Shown: positions 62,282 to 64,000 of the stretch, piece after piece | How positions within the stretch are numbered: position 1 is the stretch's first letter | Layout: each line of letters starts with the position of its first letter | DNA from: Balanoglossus misakiensis | Lineage: Eukaryota > Animalia > Hemichordata | Reading direction: 5' to 3' | DNA: 64,000 bases | Assembly: GCA_040954595.2 (NCBI GenBank) | Contig: CM082577.2 | Coordinates: forward strand, 17,766,203 to 17,830,202 | The notes under the pieces: generated by a model | Database searches by the model: none | The model's input: the letters and a program-made list of their open reading frames with translations, nothing else | Told to the model about the DNA's origin: nothing | Translations under genes and position numbers: made by a program

Positions 62282-62914
62282 GTGTATGTTCATACATACG
62301 TGGAAAGTAACTAATCGCAATTAACGGAGGATCGTAAAGTGCATAACCCCATCATTGTCGTTCAAGTTTTATGTGAATTATATCACAGTCTGTATAGAGG
62401 AACTCCCTCTATATGTTATGTCTTTTGCAATTTTTGCAGCCGTTTTGTACTTGTAGCCGGGACTTGTAGTAGGATGTTGCATGCAACTTGCAAGTTTGTA
62501 AGCGGAAGTGCGACTATTTTTTTGTAATATATTATTAAGGAAAGGCGCCCGTTCTTTTTTTAAATGTGACATTTAAGACCAGTCAAAAACTAGGAATGTC
62601 GGTGGTATAAAACGTGTTTCGTCGTGGTCAGTTCTGCACTTCAATACACTAGAAATAACAAGTATAGAAATTTATTGGCACCAGCATCATGGAGCTACCC
62701 CAGATTTGCTTAGATTCCGTAGCCCCAGCACTTCCCCGTCAACCTACAGAAATGGAAGTCATAGGGCTACTGACTCACAGCAACCACAGATGAGCAACAA
62801 CTCCTATACATGTAATAGGTATTGTCTCTGTTCACTAGTCTCTGCCACAGGATAGTTCATGCCTGTTTAACTCAAATAGCATTGATCATGACTATTGACT
62901 AATTATTGGTTTAT

Positions 62915-63000
62915 CCCTTTCACCCCCAGTCCCTCTATAGAGGTCCAGACTTACCCTAGAAAACAATGGGTTTGTGCTAAACCGTGTGGTTGTGAAAGGG
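62915..63000. mobile_element. Tiny piggyBac-like MITE
   Basis: TTAT|CCCTTTCAC...GTGAAAGGG|TTAA (left TSD has one mismatch). Confidence 0.45.
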
Positions 63001-63586
63001 TTAAACCGTGATGCTGAAGTTATTCTCGCATTCGTTTTCATTTGCGTTTTTGTATTCGGGTCAGAGTCACTGACTGAAAGGGGTTATTTTTAGCACTCGT
63101 TCCAAAATTCAGAAATTTCCAGCATGTATACAAATTTGCTTACTTTTATGTAAGAATAACTGTACATATCGGGAAAACAGGTCTTCTTTTGGTGTTATGG
63201 AAAGAAGAGGTAATGCCCCAGAATTGGAGGAAAGACCTGCAAAGCAAACTTTGGAGTTTTGCATTTTTGTATTCGTAATCATATTGATTCATCTGATCAT
63301 CATAACTGTATGAATCAAGTGTGCGATACATCAGGCCACTTAACTCAGTGATGATTCATTTTGCTGGTTTGGTCATGAACTTTGGAAATAACCCAGATTA
63401 AAAAAAAAAATTACAGGTTCAGACCAGTAGAATTCGCTTCTGGGAAATAGTCCTTACATAATCCAAATTGCTATCAATCTTTCAGGGACTTCCAGAGATA
63501 TAAAATGTATGTGTGTATATGTACAATGATAGTAGTGACATATGCCAATTGTTGATGTTTTACTTCGTAGTGTAATATAATCCAAA

Positions 63587-63767
63587 ATGGCTGAAGAGGA
63601 AGCAAATACACCTCCATCAGTTGATGAAGATGATGATTCAATAGGCGTTGCTGCTGGTTACAAACCTCCAGCACAAAAAACTATTGAAGAAATTAAGAAA
63701 CTGGATGAAGATGATGAAAGTCTTGTAAAATACAAACAAGCTCTCCTGGCAGGACTTGAATCAGGCG
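63587..63767 (+). CDS. ARHGDIA: Rho GDP-dissociation inhibitor, first coding exon (gene continues beyond window)
   Basis: Acceptor tcgtag| at 63570; MAEEEANTPPSVDEDDDS..GYKPPAQKTIEEIKKLDEDDESLVKYKQALL (RhoGDI YKPPAQKS..EI..LD.DDESL.KYK.ALL); donor G|gtaag. Confidence 0.93.
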
Positions 63768-64000
63768 GTAAGTTTTTAGAAAAATGTATATATTTTCACC
63801 TCAATACAGTGGATATTTCTGCAGCTTGCCATTTAGACATTAAGAACAATGTTGTTGTGTTCTTACAACACCATTCACTTTAATTCATGAAAACAGGCCA
63901 CCTACAATCCCTGCAGCCTTCTGGCAAATAACCTTTGAACCTGAGGGCATTGGAGACATTTTGAAGTACCATGTGGCATGATGGCTGACTTCGGAAATTA

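Overview
Eukaryotic (animal) genomic DNA, AT-rich and intron-rich. An invertebrate deuterostome such as a hemichordate is my inference from protein similarity and repeat content, not something proven here. Four spliced genes were reconstructed by hand from GT-AG boundaries and frame continuity: the 3' half of DUS1L (+, 6 exons, 881-5752); a complete Fringe glycosyltransferase (-, 10 coding exons, 45408-14637, 449 aa); a complete ALYREF/THOC4 (+, 6 exons, 51971-57937, 253 aa); and the first coding exon of a Rho-GDI (+, from 63587). Homologues of these four genes cluster at human 17q25.3. Non-coding DNA is crowded with transposons. These include a Tc1-like element with an unusual D-42-(E>K) catalytic spacing inside a ~2.4-kb GGAT/GTAT microsatellite, DINE-1/HINE-like elements, Crypton-like hairpin elements, many MITEs with clear TIRs and TSDs, and a fragmented LINE. 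There is also a foldback element with helically phased CGAAGGA motifs, and probable excision footprints. TE superfamily names are inferred from termini and TSD rules only.
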